A stretch of DNA of 58,154 nt, the filler included, from Sphacelaria rigidula (Eukaryota): NCBI GenBank assembly GCA_964200075.2. It is 6 parts of 6 records of this genome, joined end to end, with 100 filler letters (N's around TTAATTAATTAA, not from the genome) between each part and the next. Parts side by side here need not be neighbours in the genome. Positions count along the whole stretch, not along the records: positions 38,839 to 48,446 come from CAXNAA020008109.1; positions 48,547 to 58,154 come from CAXNAA020008110.1; 4 more parts are not named here. The stretch is one strand, 5' to 3'. The notes under the pieces are model-generated. The model made no database searches. It saw nothing but the letters and a program-made list of their open reading frames with translations, and was not told where the DNA came from. Positions 38,739 through 51,985 of the stretch are shown one piece after another. Within the stretch, counting starts at the first letter, position 1, and the number at the start of each line of letters is the position of its first letter. Made by a program: the position numbers and the translations under genes.

Positions 38739-40391
38739 NNNNNNNNNNNNNNNNNNNNNNNNNNNNNNNNNNNNNNNNNNNNTTAATTAATTAANNNNNN
38801 NNNNNNNNNNNNNNNNNNNNNNNNNNNNNNNNNNNNNNCGCCCACATATCCCGAAAGGGGTAGACTGGCGCCCAGAATAAATGGGACGACAACACACACA
38901 CACACACATCTGAGGCCATCAAATCATTGGCACAATGTCCCCAGTCGATTCAACGCTGTTCGCCCTCCACTGCGGCGGCGACCTCTACGCTGCACAAACA
39001 TGCACTTCAACGCCGCCCATACGTCACTTAATCCGCCCGCTCGCTATCTTTCACGCCTGCCCAGCACCGACAGTACCCATCTGCCTCCACCTCGGCGGGA
39101 CTATGCTTTGCCTTAGTACCAACTGCATGTGCAGCAGTAGCGAATACGCAAGTGTTGGATATTTTCAACGCGAAGGCAACGAAACTGCTCGCTCCACACG
39201 TAATTCCTCTCTACCCAAGATCGTCTACAGACAGACGATTAGCCCCAGAGGGTTTGCAATATATATCTCTTACTGTTGGGAAAATGACCCGCAGAGCTGC
39301 ATGTACAGATGGCGAATGTTGTCACCGTGGATAAGCACCACAATCGTGATTCATTTTGAATGCTCGGGAAACATTTACTTTCCGATAACATGTAGCCGAT
39401 CATATTCTCATACCGCAAGAATGTGCTGCGCATGACGAGGCGACATTCCGCGACACATCGGAGATGTGACAACCACCGGCACGTGATGAGACAGGGAGAT
39501 CCTCCGTTTCTCACTCATCGCTCATCACTCGTCACTCATCAACCCGCAGCAACAAGATAACAAGCAAGGGCGATGAAAAAAAACAATCAAGATGGCGAGC
39601 AACCGAAAGCATGAAGGCTAAATGCATCGCAATCAGAACAGCAGATCGGTGGAGCAGCTGCACCGCCGACCCCAGGCGTCCAACAATACCGCCTGAGGGC
39701 AAGCCTTGTTCCACCGAACACTCGTCCTGACGGGAAGACACAATCGCCAACTCCCGCTAAAAAAACTCCCGCCGGGAGAAAATGAACAAATCATTAAATA
39801 TTAAAAAATCCATGAAAATCTTCATCATAAGCACCACGGTCGTGTCGCCCTTGCGACAGCTCCTTTTCATTCCTCCTTTCTTGCGGGGCCTTGCAGAGAT
39901 ATTGGAGAATCCGCGCTTCGGTCACGCGTGAACCGAGTTGTGAACCGAGTTGCGGTCCATACGAAGAATGTTACGGTTGCCAATCTAAGCCCCGTGCGCT
40001 ACCTCGAACGTGGTACCACGAGACTTGTTTGTAACCATCGTGCCTTCAATTGTGACTACCGTGTCGTGTAATGTCTGCACCAAATATAGCACCGGCAAGC
40101 AGAACGTTATCGTTCTCTTGCCCCCTGGGAACACGCTAGCGCTCACTCCGCACCGCCGCTTGGTACACCTCGTTCGTAGCTTCACTTCCTGCATGAAAGG
40201 CTAGAATATTTCAAGTCGTACCAAGTTTGCTGGATTGGTATCCCCAACGGAGCTGTTTCATGGAATCTTGCTTCAGATACCTCCGCAAAAAGCGCTTGAC
40301 CAACCACTCTCTGGTGGAATGTTATTCGCAAATGCTAGCCACGATGCACGGCCCTCGCGGGTTGTTCCATCACTGTCGCGTGCTGAAGTCT

Positions 40392-40475
40392 TCAAGCTGT
40401 GGTGTCGATCTTAGAAGACAGCACCACCTTCAGCCCATCCTTGGGGGCGAACAGAGGCAGCATGCCCTTCAGGTT
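40392..40475 (-). CDS. Cytochrome P450 terminal exon NLKGMLPLFAPKDGLKVVLSSKIDTTA*
   Basis: CACAG acceptor, phase 0. P...PKDGL.V.L is the usual P450 C-terminal beta region. Confidence 0.8.
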   Translation of the reverse strand, partial: NLKGMLPLFAPKDGLKVVLSSKIDTTA

Positions 40476-41049
40476 CTGTGGTAGTTTCACGAGCACCCGG
40501 AGACGGAAGCATAAACGTCGAAAACATGAATACCGGCGCGCATGTGCGGCGAGATCTACCTCTCGAAGCGCTTCGAATGACCGTCCGAATACACCAGCGG
40601 TTCGACCTCTCATTGTATACACGTGGTTGTCACGAACGTAATTCTGACGTTTGGTCATGTAGCCCCAGTGAACGGAGCAACCCGAAGGGGACTATACTCA
40701 CGCGTCAGCTGTCTGCTGCCATTCAATTCTCTTCACACTTTGAGTACACCTCGAAGCAAACTACGTATATCTGCATAAGTTGGGCGTCAACGCCTGCATT
40801 ACTCTTCGTCCCTCGTCTACGATATCTCTGTGTCCAGTTTCAACTTCATTGACAATCTTGAATGGGTTGGGCGCTACCTATTGCTGTCTTTGCGCACCGC
40901 TTTTAGTTCGACAGACCCAAAGTTACCTTTCAATTCTGCGCGAGATAAAGCGGAAGCGACTGCACTTGTTTTCCGTTCAAGTTTGATCGATGCGCGCGAG
41001 GCGCAGCAAGTGAACCAATAGACCATCTGCGCCGTCATGAAAGCTACAG

Positions 41050-41363
41050 TTTTTTGTCTGGCACGATTTCGACCCTTCGCCTTCCTCGGGACGAGCCCGT
41101 GGTCGCAAGGGACCAACCCCACGTCTGCTCCCGGGGTACGCTTTGCATTTTGGTACCGCAGATTGGATCATGACCAAATCCCTTGCACTATTTCGACTCT
41201 CGTTAAAACGAAGTCTTTTTTGCTACTCATATTCTCACAGTTCCCACGACGGAAGGCGGATGCTTGCAATAAAATACCTAAATGCATCTGCGGGAAATCG
41301 AACTCGTGTTTCCCCAACCAAACGGTCTCAGGTGTACCATTAGACATACCACCGGGAAACGGT
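41050..41363 (-). mobile_element. tRNA-derived SINE
   Basis: On the minus strand, A-box-like TGTCTAATGG (41346-41337) and B-box-like GAGTTCGATTTCCC (41305-41292). The body is homologous to 53600-53770. Confidence 0.65.
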
Positions 41364-42215
41364 GGTATCCGTGAGGAATGCATGAAGAGCGTTAGCACAT
41401 TACGGTAGGTCCTTGAGACTGGAAGCATTCACGTGGGCCAGCACGAACGTACGCACGGAGTGACAGGGAATGCCGATGTCGGCTAGTGCATTCTTCATCT
41501 GATGCACTGACAAACCATCTTACATTCACGACCGCGTGCTACACTGCCTAATCAACCTTTCTGCTCGAAAATAAGAGACGTTTTGCGAACGTACAATGCC
41601 CGGTTTCTTGATTCAGGTTCTCAAAGGTAATCTACAGCTTACCAATATACGAACAAAAATCACTGCTGTGGAAATGAGCCGTGGAACCAACCCAACTGAC
41701 AAGCCATCGCTACGAACGCCATTCAGACATCAAACACCGGCGGCGTGCACGCTTTCACGGATTGCAATTAAGCAACACATCATCCAGTCGGCCGCTGACA
41801 CAACCCAACCTAGGGAACTGAAAGTTAGCCTAACTGGTACGAATGCTGTGTATTCGGTTCACGCACTTGACTGCCTTCCAGTCAGGTCCCGGCGGTCAAC
41901 CTGACTCGTCAAAACAAGTTTAAGAGCTACTCGTGCGTTTGGATCCCAACAGTAGCGTGGTCCTTCTCTCTGGTTTCCATCGCCCGGAAACCTGGCAATG
42001 AGAAAAAACAAAAAAACAATTCATGGGAGTTGTCGAGCTACCAGAGTGCTGGTCAAATGCCCGACAGGGAAGTGCAGGGTGCCCGGGGGGACATGGTTCT
42101 AGCCACTTGCGATGACGCTCTCGTTCGGAAAGAGAAGGGGGGAGGGGGAACAGGGGGCAACAGGAGTATAAGTCAGTTATGAAACGGTAAAAGAAGAGCC
42201 GAAAACAATCCCCAC

Positions 42216-42432
42216 CTGCCTCTCCACGATGTGGTAGTCAAAGGTGTTGAAGAATTTCTTGAAAAACACGATCATCTCGAGCTTCGCCAGCTCTCTACCG
42301 GGGCAGATGTGTTTACCGTATCCGAACATGAGCTGTCGGGGCTGGGCAGTTTCCGTCAAGGCCGGAGAATCGTCGTGGTCACCGACGCCGTCAGGTCGTT
42401 TGTGAGCATGAATGAATCGGAACGGACAAAAT
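42216..42432 (-). CDS. Cytochrome P450 heme-binding exon
   Basis: FCPFRF (PERF-like), FGYGKHICPG (FxxGxxxCxG) and ELAKLE. CCAG acceptor and GTGGGG donor, phase 2 to 0. Confidence 0.93.
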
Positions 42433-45400
42433 CTGGCAAGAGAGAGGGAGAGAGGGAGAGGCAAGGTGTCAATGAAGCTGGCAGGGTATGTTCGCCCCCC
42501 GACAATCATCGACCCTGAATTTGGCGCAGGGGAAGATCGATTTCGCAGATACCGAAGAGAAACTGCAGACCAGACAAGGCGATGTGCGCACAAAATGCAG
42601 GTCAAAATGTCATGGCGTAGTGTGCTTGTTCCCCAGCAATAATCAAAATCTCGTGGGAGAAAACGGGATCTCGCCCTCCAAAAAACATCAGATATCAAAA
42701 TGCGAGCTTCTACTCCAGACGGTGTGCGATTTGGAACAGTAACCGAGCCCCGGTGGCTGAATTAAAACGGTACACCAATGGTCCGTTAGAGCGGGAGCTT
42801 TCGGGTTCGACAACCCACAACATTTGGATTACGGCGTTCTCGAGCAGAAACTGATCTCCATCGTTCAAAACGTGTGCCATAAGAAGCGAGGAGAAATCGA
42901 CGAGAGTCGATGCGGTGCGGAGGTGCTGATAGTCATGATCCAATTTGTGATGACAAAACAGTCGGGTGCGTACCGGGGGAGAGGCGGGTCAATCTCCGGC
43001 AACTATAGACTCGTCCAGTGTACGGGGAGGAGTATATGTACGACAAACATCAAAGCGACAAGGGTAGGGGCAAATCGCCTTGAAAACCTTGCAGGATGAC
43101 GTGTCGGCACAACGTTCAAAATGGTGAAGTAAATGTGTACACAGGTAGCATCAGCGATCAGTGTGGCCCACGGTTGAAAGCTAGTCTCAGCAGCCAGAGC
43201 GGATCAACCATCCTCCCCCCTCTTTTTGTTACGCCGCAAAACTTGAATCAAGCGATGAAACTCCAGCGACATCTCAAGTCTTTGATCCGGTTATCTCCCA
43301 GACTGAGGGAGTTCTGGATGATGGCAATGACAGTACCTCACACAAGATTGTATAACTTGGTGGATGTGGATTTACAAGTCCGAAAACAGTCGTTCGTAGT
43401 GATCTAAATGCTAAAATAGCCTGCTTTCAAGACGTTTTCGAGGCTCAACGGCGTGTTGTTCCATTTTTTTCTTCATGTCCACTGCAAAGCTACTAGAATG
43501 GATTACAGAGAGCACAACGCAACAAGCAGTAGTACGACAATCCTTACTGAGGAGATACACGCTTGGACGTCCCTACCTTGAGGGAAGCGCGACTACGCCA
43601 TTTTCCATAAATAGTAGTTGAATATTTGTGAGTACGGGAGAGTCCGCGAATAACCTCTTTTTGTCCACGACATTTGCTTCACCCACCATTGAGTATCCTC
43701 AACTCGGGATCGACCGTGCCCGAATGATTTTCAACAAAATACTCAAGATTTGAATGTGGAAGAGGATTCACACACAAAACTACCACCTCATCATGTGCAC
43801 AGCATGAGGAACATCACGCACTGCTTTGATCACACGACAGCGTGGATCACCCCACCAGCTTCCCGCCGCGCAGTATGACATGAACGATGGTGCTGTGCCA
43901 GCGATCCGTGTCTTACAGAACCACCAAATCTCCGGCTAGAGCGCGCAGGGGGGAAGCCTGTAGTGCGTTTTTGTTGCTGTTCATACGTTTTCGTGGCCAG
44001 AGCTTAAACAACCTAGATGTGTTCGAAGATGTACTGATTCTCCTCCACACGTGTCGTCGAGCTCCTAAATTGTGGCTAGACTGTTTCACCACAGCGGGGT
44101 CTATCGTCGGGCAACGACAGTGTGCGCCAGCCACCTCACCCAACTCGGGGACGGCTCCCCGTGACATGAGCAAAGGTGCCGTCCAACAGTTTGAATCTGT
44201 GACAGATTTTGAAACTGTGCGACGGCGCGCAATACTACCATCAGTGCTTGTCTTGACATGCCGATGAACTAACGAACAACGTGCGTGGTTGTTGCGGGCG
44301 TGTGTGTTCCTGATAGCTTCAATCGCCACAGTTTGTGACTGGCTCATTTCGAATTTCCACATCTGGGCTAAAGCAAAAACCCAGGGACTAGTATTCACCC
44401 GTGCACCACACACCCAGCGCCGATGCTGACAGAGAGTCCTGGGGGCCGAATTGGTACACCAGTACCAGGATTTCCGTCTGTTCGAATCCCGACAGATGGT
44501 CATCATCCGAACAAAGAGGGCAGGGCGCGAATGGGAAGGTAGGTGCTCGATGAAAATCGACGCTGAAAAATAATCATGTCATGCAGGTACTGGGGAAGCA
44601 GAGGATCGGCATCCGTCGAGGAAGGGGGAGTTATTAAGAGTAGGACGGACACGTAAGGTTCAGGTGCTGGGCTTTGACGCGTGTTCGTAAACGGGAAGCA
44701 GGCTGTGTTGAATCTGGATACTGTCTACGCATGCTGCCTCAGGAATTGGGTCATATCGCACATTTACGGTTCGTTGGAATTTCTCGACGCCCACCTTTGG
44801 GAGCACTGTGGGACACTAGACTACATTTTTTACGTGAATGGTTGTATTGAGTTTCGCATGAGTCGTATTTTTGGAATCAAGTCGCGTAATTTATCGAGGA
44901 AAAGCTTGCTGATGGTTGGGGAAGACGGGTCGTATACCTCGATCGCACGATATCTTGCCTCGCCTTGTTTCGGGTTTTCCATTCTTGGTGTGTATTACGG
45001 GTCGTGTTTGTTTCCTCGCTCTTGCTCTGCGATCGGCTTTCAGCAACTGAAGCTTGCGGGGGAGACATGAGCGTAACAGCATATATGTGCCTGTGCGAAT
45101 GCATGACACCAAAGGCAAATGCTTTCATGTTTCAATCTTGTTTTCGATCCTACCAAGATGTTAGCCAGGTAAAACATATATTTCAGACACTTTCTACGAT
45201 AGCCCCCCCTCCCAAAACCAGCCCAAAAGTCTCACGAAAAAAATGGCCATACAGCGCGTGATGTCTGGGTTCAGGCTGAATGAAGCGCCTTCAATTGGCC
45301 ACATTGGCGAGAACGAACCCAAGCGTGGGAATTCCCAGCTGCTCGTCGTGCTCGGCTTTTCCCATTTCGATTCACGTGAAGGTTTTGCCTCCCAAAACCA

Positions 45401-45816
45401 TGCACTCTTGAGGGGGGGGGGCTATCGCAGAAAACGTCTTCAGGTATGTAATTTCTTCTTATTGCTATTCGGTTCCTTCGCAAAATTAGTCCCCACACCG
45501 CAGTCGCGGCCATCTCATGTAACAACCTCACGAACACCGCGGGAATCTCGAAGCATAGTTCATATAGAAATCAGACTCAGGCCAAGAACGTTCAAGAATT
45601 TTGCAAAAACAGATAATCACTCGTCATTCATCATTTGAGACTCAAACAACGTAGTGGCCGGGTGCCTTTGCAAAAGAACAGATCCCTATCTTACCGCCTG
45701 ATTTAGCTCATATATGTTTCCTCTTGCAAAGATCGGATCTCTTCTGTGGAACCCCAATCCAAGACTCCGTATCACATGTGTTGGGCATTTTGCGTGTGGG
45801 CTCTTCCTGCACTCAC

Positions 45817-45960
45817 TTGGTGGATTCAGGATATATGCTCTCCGCCATATTCCCAAACTCAAGGTTCCACGCCAGAGTCTCCCCGGCAGGAATATGGTAT
45901 CCGTTGTATTCAATGTCCGAATCGACCTTCCGTATCGCGCCCGCGACGGTGGGGTACAAC
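45817..45960 (-). CDS. Cytochrome P450 exon after the K-helix: (R)LYPTVAGAIRKVDSDIEYNGYHIPAGE...IYPEST(K)
   Basis: TTGCAG acceptor and GTGAGT donor, phase 2-2. Matches the RLYP...R....D....GY.IPAG motif. Confidence 0.92.
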
Positions 45961-46269
45961 CTGCAACAAAGGGAAAACAGGACGGCATAACCCGAACGCT
46001 GTTTCTGACTTGACCACATAACCATGCGGGGGCATTCGATGGCACGCGTCTCGCCGTGGACATTATTGTGCTGCAGAAAAGCGGCGATGCACTGTAGTGC
46101 GGATGAAAACATATGATTACTGCGCCGACCACCCCCCCACCCGCCACAGGAACACAAAAGAGAGAGAGGAAAAACAANNNNNNNNNNTGAAAAAAAAAGG
46201 GCGAGCACCTGTCGGCGGAAGAAAAAAAAAAGATATCCCCCCCCCCCCCCCCCCCCCTAGAAATAGGCG

Positions 46270-48446
46270 AGGTATGAAGTTGTACAAATGGAGAATCGAT
46301 AAACTAGATATGCAAGAAAAATGGCAAGAGTTCCAAAAAGAGATGGCCAAAAATGCAGTGAAACTTTCCGAGCTGTTGGAACGCGTAGGTACGGTTGATA
46401 CCGAAATGGAGAGAGATCGGGCAGGAGCGAAGATTGTAAAAGGATGGGAGCAACTGGCCAAGAACACAGGGAGTAAAGTCGTAGGGAATAAACTGATAGT
46501 ATGCAACAGAGCAGTAAAATGATGTGATGAGGAAGTAAAAGAGACTGTCAGAGTAAGGAGAGTGGCCCACGCGAGATGAATGTCGAGCAAAAGTACGGTA
46601 GGATGGGGGGAGTATACCAAAGCTCGGGAGGAAGTAAAAACGATGGTACAGAATGAAAGAAGGGAGTATGGGAAGGTGTTGTAAACAAAGCAAATGAAGA
46701 TTTCGACGGCGGGATGAAACAAATATGGCCAGGGATAAAGGGATAACGAGAAACCAGGCAGGAAAAATAGATGAGAGGATAGCTACACTCCGGGCGCAGA
46801 ACGGTAAAATGGCCAGTAGTTCGAAGGGGAAGAGAGAAGTGCTAGTCGAGCACTACAGTAGTGGGCGGTCTAACTATTCAGCGGTTTTTTTGGATTTTCC
46901 TCGCGTACTACTCTTCGATAGAACTCGAAAGTACTAGCGTCGGTAGCTTTTGGTACAATATCCAGATCACCCTCGTAACACAGTGCCCAAGTCAGTGCTA
47001 GTTGGTATTATCGGGCGAAACGAGTAAATGCCGCGTTCGCCAGGAGCGTGTTATTGACCATAAAACACAGTTTTCGGCTCTAGTGCAATGGGTAGGCAGA
47101 TTAAAAAAAAATAGAACTGTACATTTTTCAGAAATATGGTCTGGACAAGCTCGATCGACCGAGAACACCGAAGAGTAAGAATCCGGACTGAAACGTCGCA
47201 GGACCCCTGATGACCGGTCAGCCCGTAAGTCACTCAATGCTGAGTACAGATGTTTTTTTTTCTTGGCATGTGGAGCGGATACAAATATCTTCTGACCCCC
47301 AGTGTGACAAGCGGTGGCAAGCGAAAAGAGCCCGAGTAAATCGCCAATTACGAAGAAATCACAAAATGCCTCAGAATGAAGAATAGTTAGATCGCCCACT
47401 ACTGTACCGTATATTAGGAACACCAAAAAGTAACACGAAGTTCGACACGGAACCCGGAAAAAAATCAACGAGTGGGCAGACGCAAGTGTAGAGACGTCAA
47501 AACGGGAGGATAGTGGCTCGAAAGAATTGCAGAAAGATGTTTCCAGAGATGAAGTAAAGGAGCGCGTGGCTAAACTCAAACACAAAGAGGCAGCAGGGGC
47601 AGACGGAATAGTGAACGAATTTCGGAAGCATGGGGGGAAAGGAATGATTTTACCATCATGGTTACGCTATATAACTGGATGAGTGAAAACGAGTACACGC
47701 CAAGGAGGTGAAGAGAAGGAGTAGCAGTCAATATTTACGAAAAAGGGAGACACGGTTGACCCATGGAGCTATAGAGGGATAACGCTACTGAGCACGGTAG
47801 GGAAAACGTCCTGTAAACATTCTGAATGATGAGAGTAGGAGCAATGCTAGAAAAGGACGAAAAAATCAGCGAGGGACAAGCAGGTTTCGGACCAAACCGT
47901 AGTTGCGTAAGCCATGTGTACACACTAGGTAAGATTATTCAACGTAGGAAAGACGCCGGGCTGACAACTTACTGTTTCTTTCTGGGCGTGCAAAAGGCTC
48001 ATGGCACGGTATGGAGAAATGGGTTGTGGAAACATATGTGGGAAACTGGGATCAGAGGAATTGTGTGGAGAATGGTAGAAAATATGACAGAATGGGCCAG
48101 AAGTGCTATGATGCTACTGTAGACGGGGAAATATCGAAACGTTTTGATATTCTACGAGGAATTGCACAAGGATGTACCTTATCGCCTACTTTATTCAAGG
48201 TATTCATTAATGACTTGATGATGGCAATAGCAGCAGCAAATCAAGGAGTCAGGGTGGGTGAAGATGTGATATCAGGTTTAATGTTCGCAGACGAGTTTGT
48301 GTGGATTTCAGGAACAGCAAAAGGATTGCGAAAACAAATAGAACGTACGCTAGAATACACTAGGAAATGGAGAGTGACAGCGAACGTCAAAAAATGCGCG
48401 GTACTCGTCTGTAACGAAGATGAGAAAAATCTGGTAGAGTTCAAAT
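46270..48446 (+). mobile_element. Decayed LINE ORF2 (reverse transcriptase region), truncated by the contig end
   Basis: YRGITLLS, EGQAGF, GIAQGCTLSPTLFKVFINDL, FADE (decayed YADD) and NVKKC. Contains stops and frameshifts. Antisense to, and probably intronic in, the P450. Confidence 0.92.
46856..47404. mobile_element. Tc1/mariner-type MITE, 549 bp, inserted in the LINE
   Basis: 24-bp TIR CAGTAGTGGGCGGTCTAACTATTC / GAATAGTTAGATCGCCCACTACTG (1 mismatch) with TA TSD. Removing it restores the LINE frame EVLVEHY-RILGTPKSNTKFD. Confidence 0.92.
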
Positions 48447-48659
48447 NNNNNNNNNNNNNNNNNNNNNNNNNNNNNNNNNNNNNNNNNNNNTTAATTAATT
48501 AANNNNNNNNNNNNNNNNNNNNNNNNNNNNNNNNNNNNNNNNNNNNCCCGGCGGGGGGTCGGGGTGACCCCCACCGGGAGGTCGGGCCCACCCGCCCGGA
48601 TCCCCCCGGGGGGGGGCCCACCAAGGGTTCCCCCCCCCCCCCCCCAGTATTTCACCTTC

Positions 48660-48884
48660 CTTCTGCGGTTCTTGCCTTACTTTTTATCGCGAGAAGGGAT
48701 TACCGGTCTATCTCCCTCACCGACCGTGAAACCGAATTTCATGTACTTACGACATAGTCCCTTTTCACTGGTGGGCATGATGGAAGAAAAAATCTCAGAT
48801 CATGGGGCGTCACCGAGATTAGAACCCATGTCCCAACTGTCGGAAGGGCTTGGAGTTTATCAACTGAGCTACCGGGGTAACCGG
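48660..48884 (-). mobile_element. tRNA-derived SINE
   Basis: Minus strand reads CCGGTTACCCCGG, then TAGCTCAGTTG (A box), then GGTTCTAATCTC (B-box-like), followed by a non-tRNA body. Confidence 0.65.
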
Positions 48885-50180
48885 TAGCGCGCATCGTAGA
48901 TTCATGTTCCTAGCTGCACTACTTGGTTGAGACAAAACCGCCATGGCACCGCATACGTTGCCGTTCATCGGTCTCAACATTTTTTCGAAGCTGAACGTTT
49001 CAGAGAACGAGTGTGGCACACGTGATATGCACCAGGTGTGGGTGTTTGATGATCAGCCAACACGCGAGCATTAAAAAAAATATCGCTTTGCGAACATTAC
49101 ACGCTCGTTGCGTATGTCCCTGCGAGAGTAGAGGTTGGTGCTGACGGCGCAGAACCTGAGTGTACTCGGTACGGTTTAAGATTTTTTTGAGGCGTTTTCA
49201 TTACCCGGTATGTTTTAGAATACCGGTGGTTCTCCTCTGGTAGTTACTCGCCACTGCAATACCGGGTACTTCGCGTGTCGCCGGTGACATCGTACTGTGC
49301 CGTTTCCTTGCTGTGTCTGCCCAGGTTTACTCACGTTGTTGTACAGCGTTCATACCGTTTCCGCCCATGTTATCACTGTCCACTCGATTGTTGATGTTTT
49401 GTTTTGTTTTGTGGGTTTCCAAATGTTTTTTTTTTATCACCATTTATCCGTCTTATAACTATTTTTCAGACGTTGCAGTCATGATGGTCGTGCTATTGCT
49501 CTTTACGTTTTTACTATAATCGCCATAATAAATTTTGCCAAGATTTACTGTTGATGAAATTATTATCGCTTTTCCCCTCCTCCATTTTGGTCAGTTTTTA
49601 TTCTAGTATAATTTTTTTCTCACTCATACATGAACATAAGTACTAGTATTGTTGATTATTGCCACCATTGTCAGACAGCTTCTTATGATCCGCAAAAAAT
49701 ATTCTAGTGTCAAGATTTTTTCTCCACCCTCACTCAAACGTGCAGAGCAGGCAGCACCGGGGGTACCCTGTACCGGGTATACCAGACACTTTACCGGTTT
49801 TATACCCGGTCTCGCCAGTACTACCCGTTCTTTTTCAAAATCACGCCTTTATATTCCACCGCTTGTTTTTTTTCTGTCATCGGTACCAACCTTTATATGC
49901 TCGAGCTTTAACAGCTCTTGCAGGTCTTGGTATACAGTAGATTCATCTCCCATGTCAGCTTGTTGCCCGGACGTTCGAAGAACATGATGAGCTCTCATAA
50001 TATTCCCAGGGTGTGCGTCGTCCCAACATCTGATGAGCACAATCCGATACGTGATAATTGACATCCAAAATTTGGCGCTGGCAGATAAGGTCCCGTGGTT
50101 ACTGTAACCCCTTGACCACTAGGGTGGGCGATCTGGACCACACATTCATTTTTCACGTGAAAGTGATGCGGATTCGACAG

Positions 50181-50275
50181 ATGACCCACCCTGGCCGTGA
50201 AAGGATGAACTGCAATGCAAAATCCCTACAACACAAACTCCTGACGATGCAAAATCTCTGTAACGAAACGTACCA
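50181..50275 (+). CDS. Tetraspanin-like gene, putative upstream exon MTHPGRERMNCNAKSLQHKLLTMQNLCNETY(Q)
   Basis: CAG acceptor and GTAAGC donor. The phase-2 end fits the next exon. No motif support. Confidence 0.4.
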
Positions 50276-50985
50276 GTAAGCGTGAGTCTGCGGAGCCATG
50301 TAGTTGAAGGTCCTCTAATTCGTAGCACAGGCTTGCTTGATCATGTTCTGCTTAGCAGCCAGCACGGCGGACGAAGTTGATGTTATCCCTAGATTGGCCA
50401 CGAGGTCACCTGCCCATCGTGCCCTGGATCATTGCTCTACTTCGTTTGAGAGTTGCGTTCGCGGATATGGTATAGCTGTCTGAAGTTACACTGCTTTTGC
50501 CGACAACAGACCGTCCACTCACTCCAGGCTGCAGAATCGTCGCATGTGGGTCAGAGTTCGTTACATCAGTTTCAGTGCGGATGTTCTGAAACTAACTGTA
50601 TATCTTAGTCGGCAGTATCGTAGATATTTCCATAGACAAGAGTGCGACAGAAACGAATGATTGTATCCATGCAGAGCTCATGCTCATATCTGCTCACCAC
50701 ATCCTGGATCCACGGGCCACTTTTCTGTCATCAAGTTGTGTTTACTTGTTGAAACGTGTGGTGAGGACCCACAACTACAGGTTGCGCAACGGGTTGCAAG
50801 CGCTGGAGCGACAAGACAGCGCGTAGTCCATAAACAGATACTGTAGCACCACACCTGCCAAGTTTTGAAGATTCAATCCTTATGCTGGCGAACTTCCTTC
50901 GGGGAGTCAAAGTTCCATGAAGGATTGCCCCATGAAATGGACCGCTTGAATTTTTTTTGCATCTCGGTTTATTTTGTTGCCGTAG

Positions 50986-51045
50986 GTGTCCGTCTACACC
51001 ATCGGCCATTTGGAGTCGAATGTGGACGGTATTGCGCAGAACCTG
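50986..51045 (+). CDS. Tetraspanin-like gene exon CPSTPSAIWSRMWTVLRRT(W)
   Basis: T-rich tract, TAG acceptor and GTAGGA donor. Open in phase 2-2. Confidence 0.5.
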
Positions 51046-51177
51046 GTAGGAGTACATTGTACACTAGACGGACAAGCATACAGACGTACAGGCGATGACT
51101 AAATAGCGCAATTACAATTACTGGATGTGTGTGCTGAATGCGTACCGGATGCTGAAATGCGTGCGTGCGCGATGCAG

Positions 51178-51222
51178 GTACTGGTGCAGCAACGAACGGA
51201 ATTGGCTCATCGCCCTCAACAG
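51178..51222 (+). CDS. Tetraspanin-like gene exon YWCSNERNWLIALN(S)
   Basis: TGCAG acceptor and GTAAAG donor, phase 2-2. Start of TM1 with the Asn typical of tetraspanin TM1. Confidence 0.7.
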
Positions 51223-51922
51223 GTAAAGCCGTGGTGGAACCGCACTGTAGAAACAGTGCTAGATTTCTAGCACTCTTGACCAGGCCACAGGATTTAGCGT
51301 GTCGGCTCGATTCAAGTGTTACGCAGCTTTTCGGTGTCAGGTGCTTTGGCCGCTGCTGTAGCCACTGGTGGCGCGTTTATGAGTTTGAGCTTTTCCCAGT
51401 GGATGTATTTACGCATATTTTTCGCGGCTATCGCGACTGTGTTGTACATCTACCGAACACATTTTCCGCTCATCTTTGGCCCTACCCAGTGCTGGGTGTG
51501 CAAAACTCCCCACAAGCTGTCCTTCAGCGCGCGGTCCACAGCAGAGGGGCGCCGCTGCAGCACTGGGCGTATGTAGGACACGTTGCGTCGCCCCCGTCCC
51601 GAATAACACTTGGCCACGGCGCAATGGCACAGCCTACACGTGTGGTGGAGCGTAATTATTATACCGTGTTCGACAGAGCTTGCCGTCCGTATGGTAAATA
51701 CCAGCACCCTGTCGATAGCACGCCTGGGTCATGGATTTCAACTAGTTCTTAGATGTCAGTCCTACAGTATTGTTGCAGCGTACGTTGTGTAGCAGCCCCA
51801 TGAACAGCACCCCCGGGTTGTTGTACTGTATCTAGTCACCGGGAGCACGACACGTGGAATGAAATGTAACGAAGCGTGTTCTGCTTTTTCCATCTGATGC
51901 TGACACACTGTCCTGTTGCCAG

Positions 51923-51985
51923 TTTTATCATGGTGTCCGGCATGGCTCTGGCGTCGTCAGCGATATGGCTCTTATTGTTCACCAG
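51923..51985 (+). CDS. Tetraspanin-like gene exon FIMVSGMALASSAIWLLLFT(R), TM1
   Basis: GCCAG acceptor and GTACGT donor, phase 2-2. Hydrophobic helix. Confidence 0.75.

Noticed and set aside
41900-41991. Alternative last exon of the P450 after a T-rich CAG acceptor
   Set aside because: In the required phase it gives a short non-P450 peptide. Exon 40475-40392 fits much better.
43887-44506. 197-aa and 126-aa ORFs inside the P450 intron
   Set aside because: No recognisable motif or splice support. Probably a decayed repeat or chance ORFs.
48790-48884. tRNA gene (also 41290-41363 and about 54895-54960)
   Set aside because: A and B boxes are present but there is no convincing cloverleaf, and they continue into SINE-like bodies.
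51300-51752. Remainder of the 195-aa ORF (51165-51752) and opposite-strand ORFs
   Set aside because: They lie in the intron between phase-matched exons 51178-51222 and 51923-51985 and show no recognisable domain.
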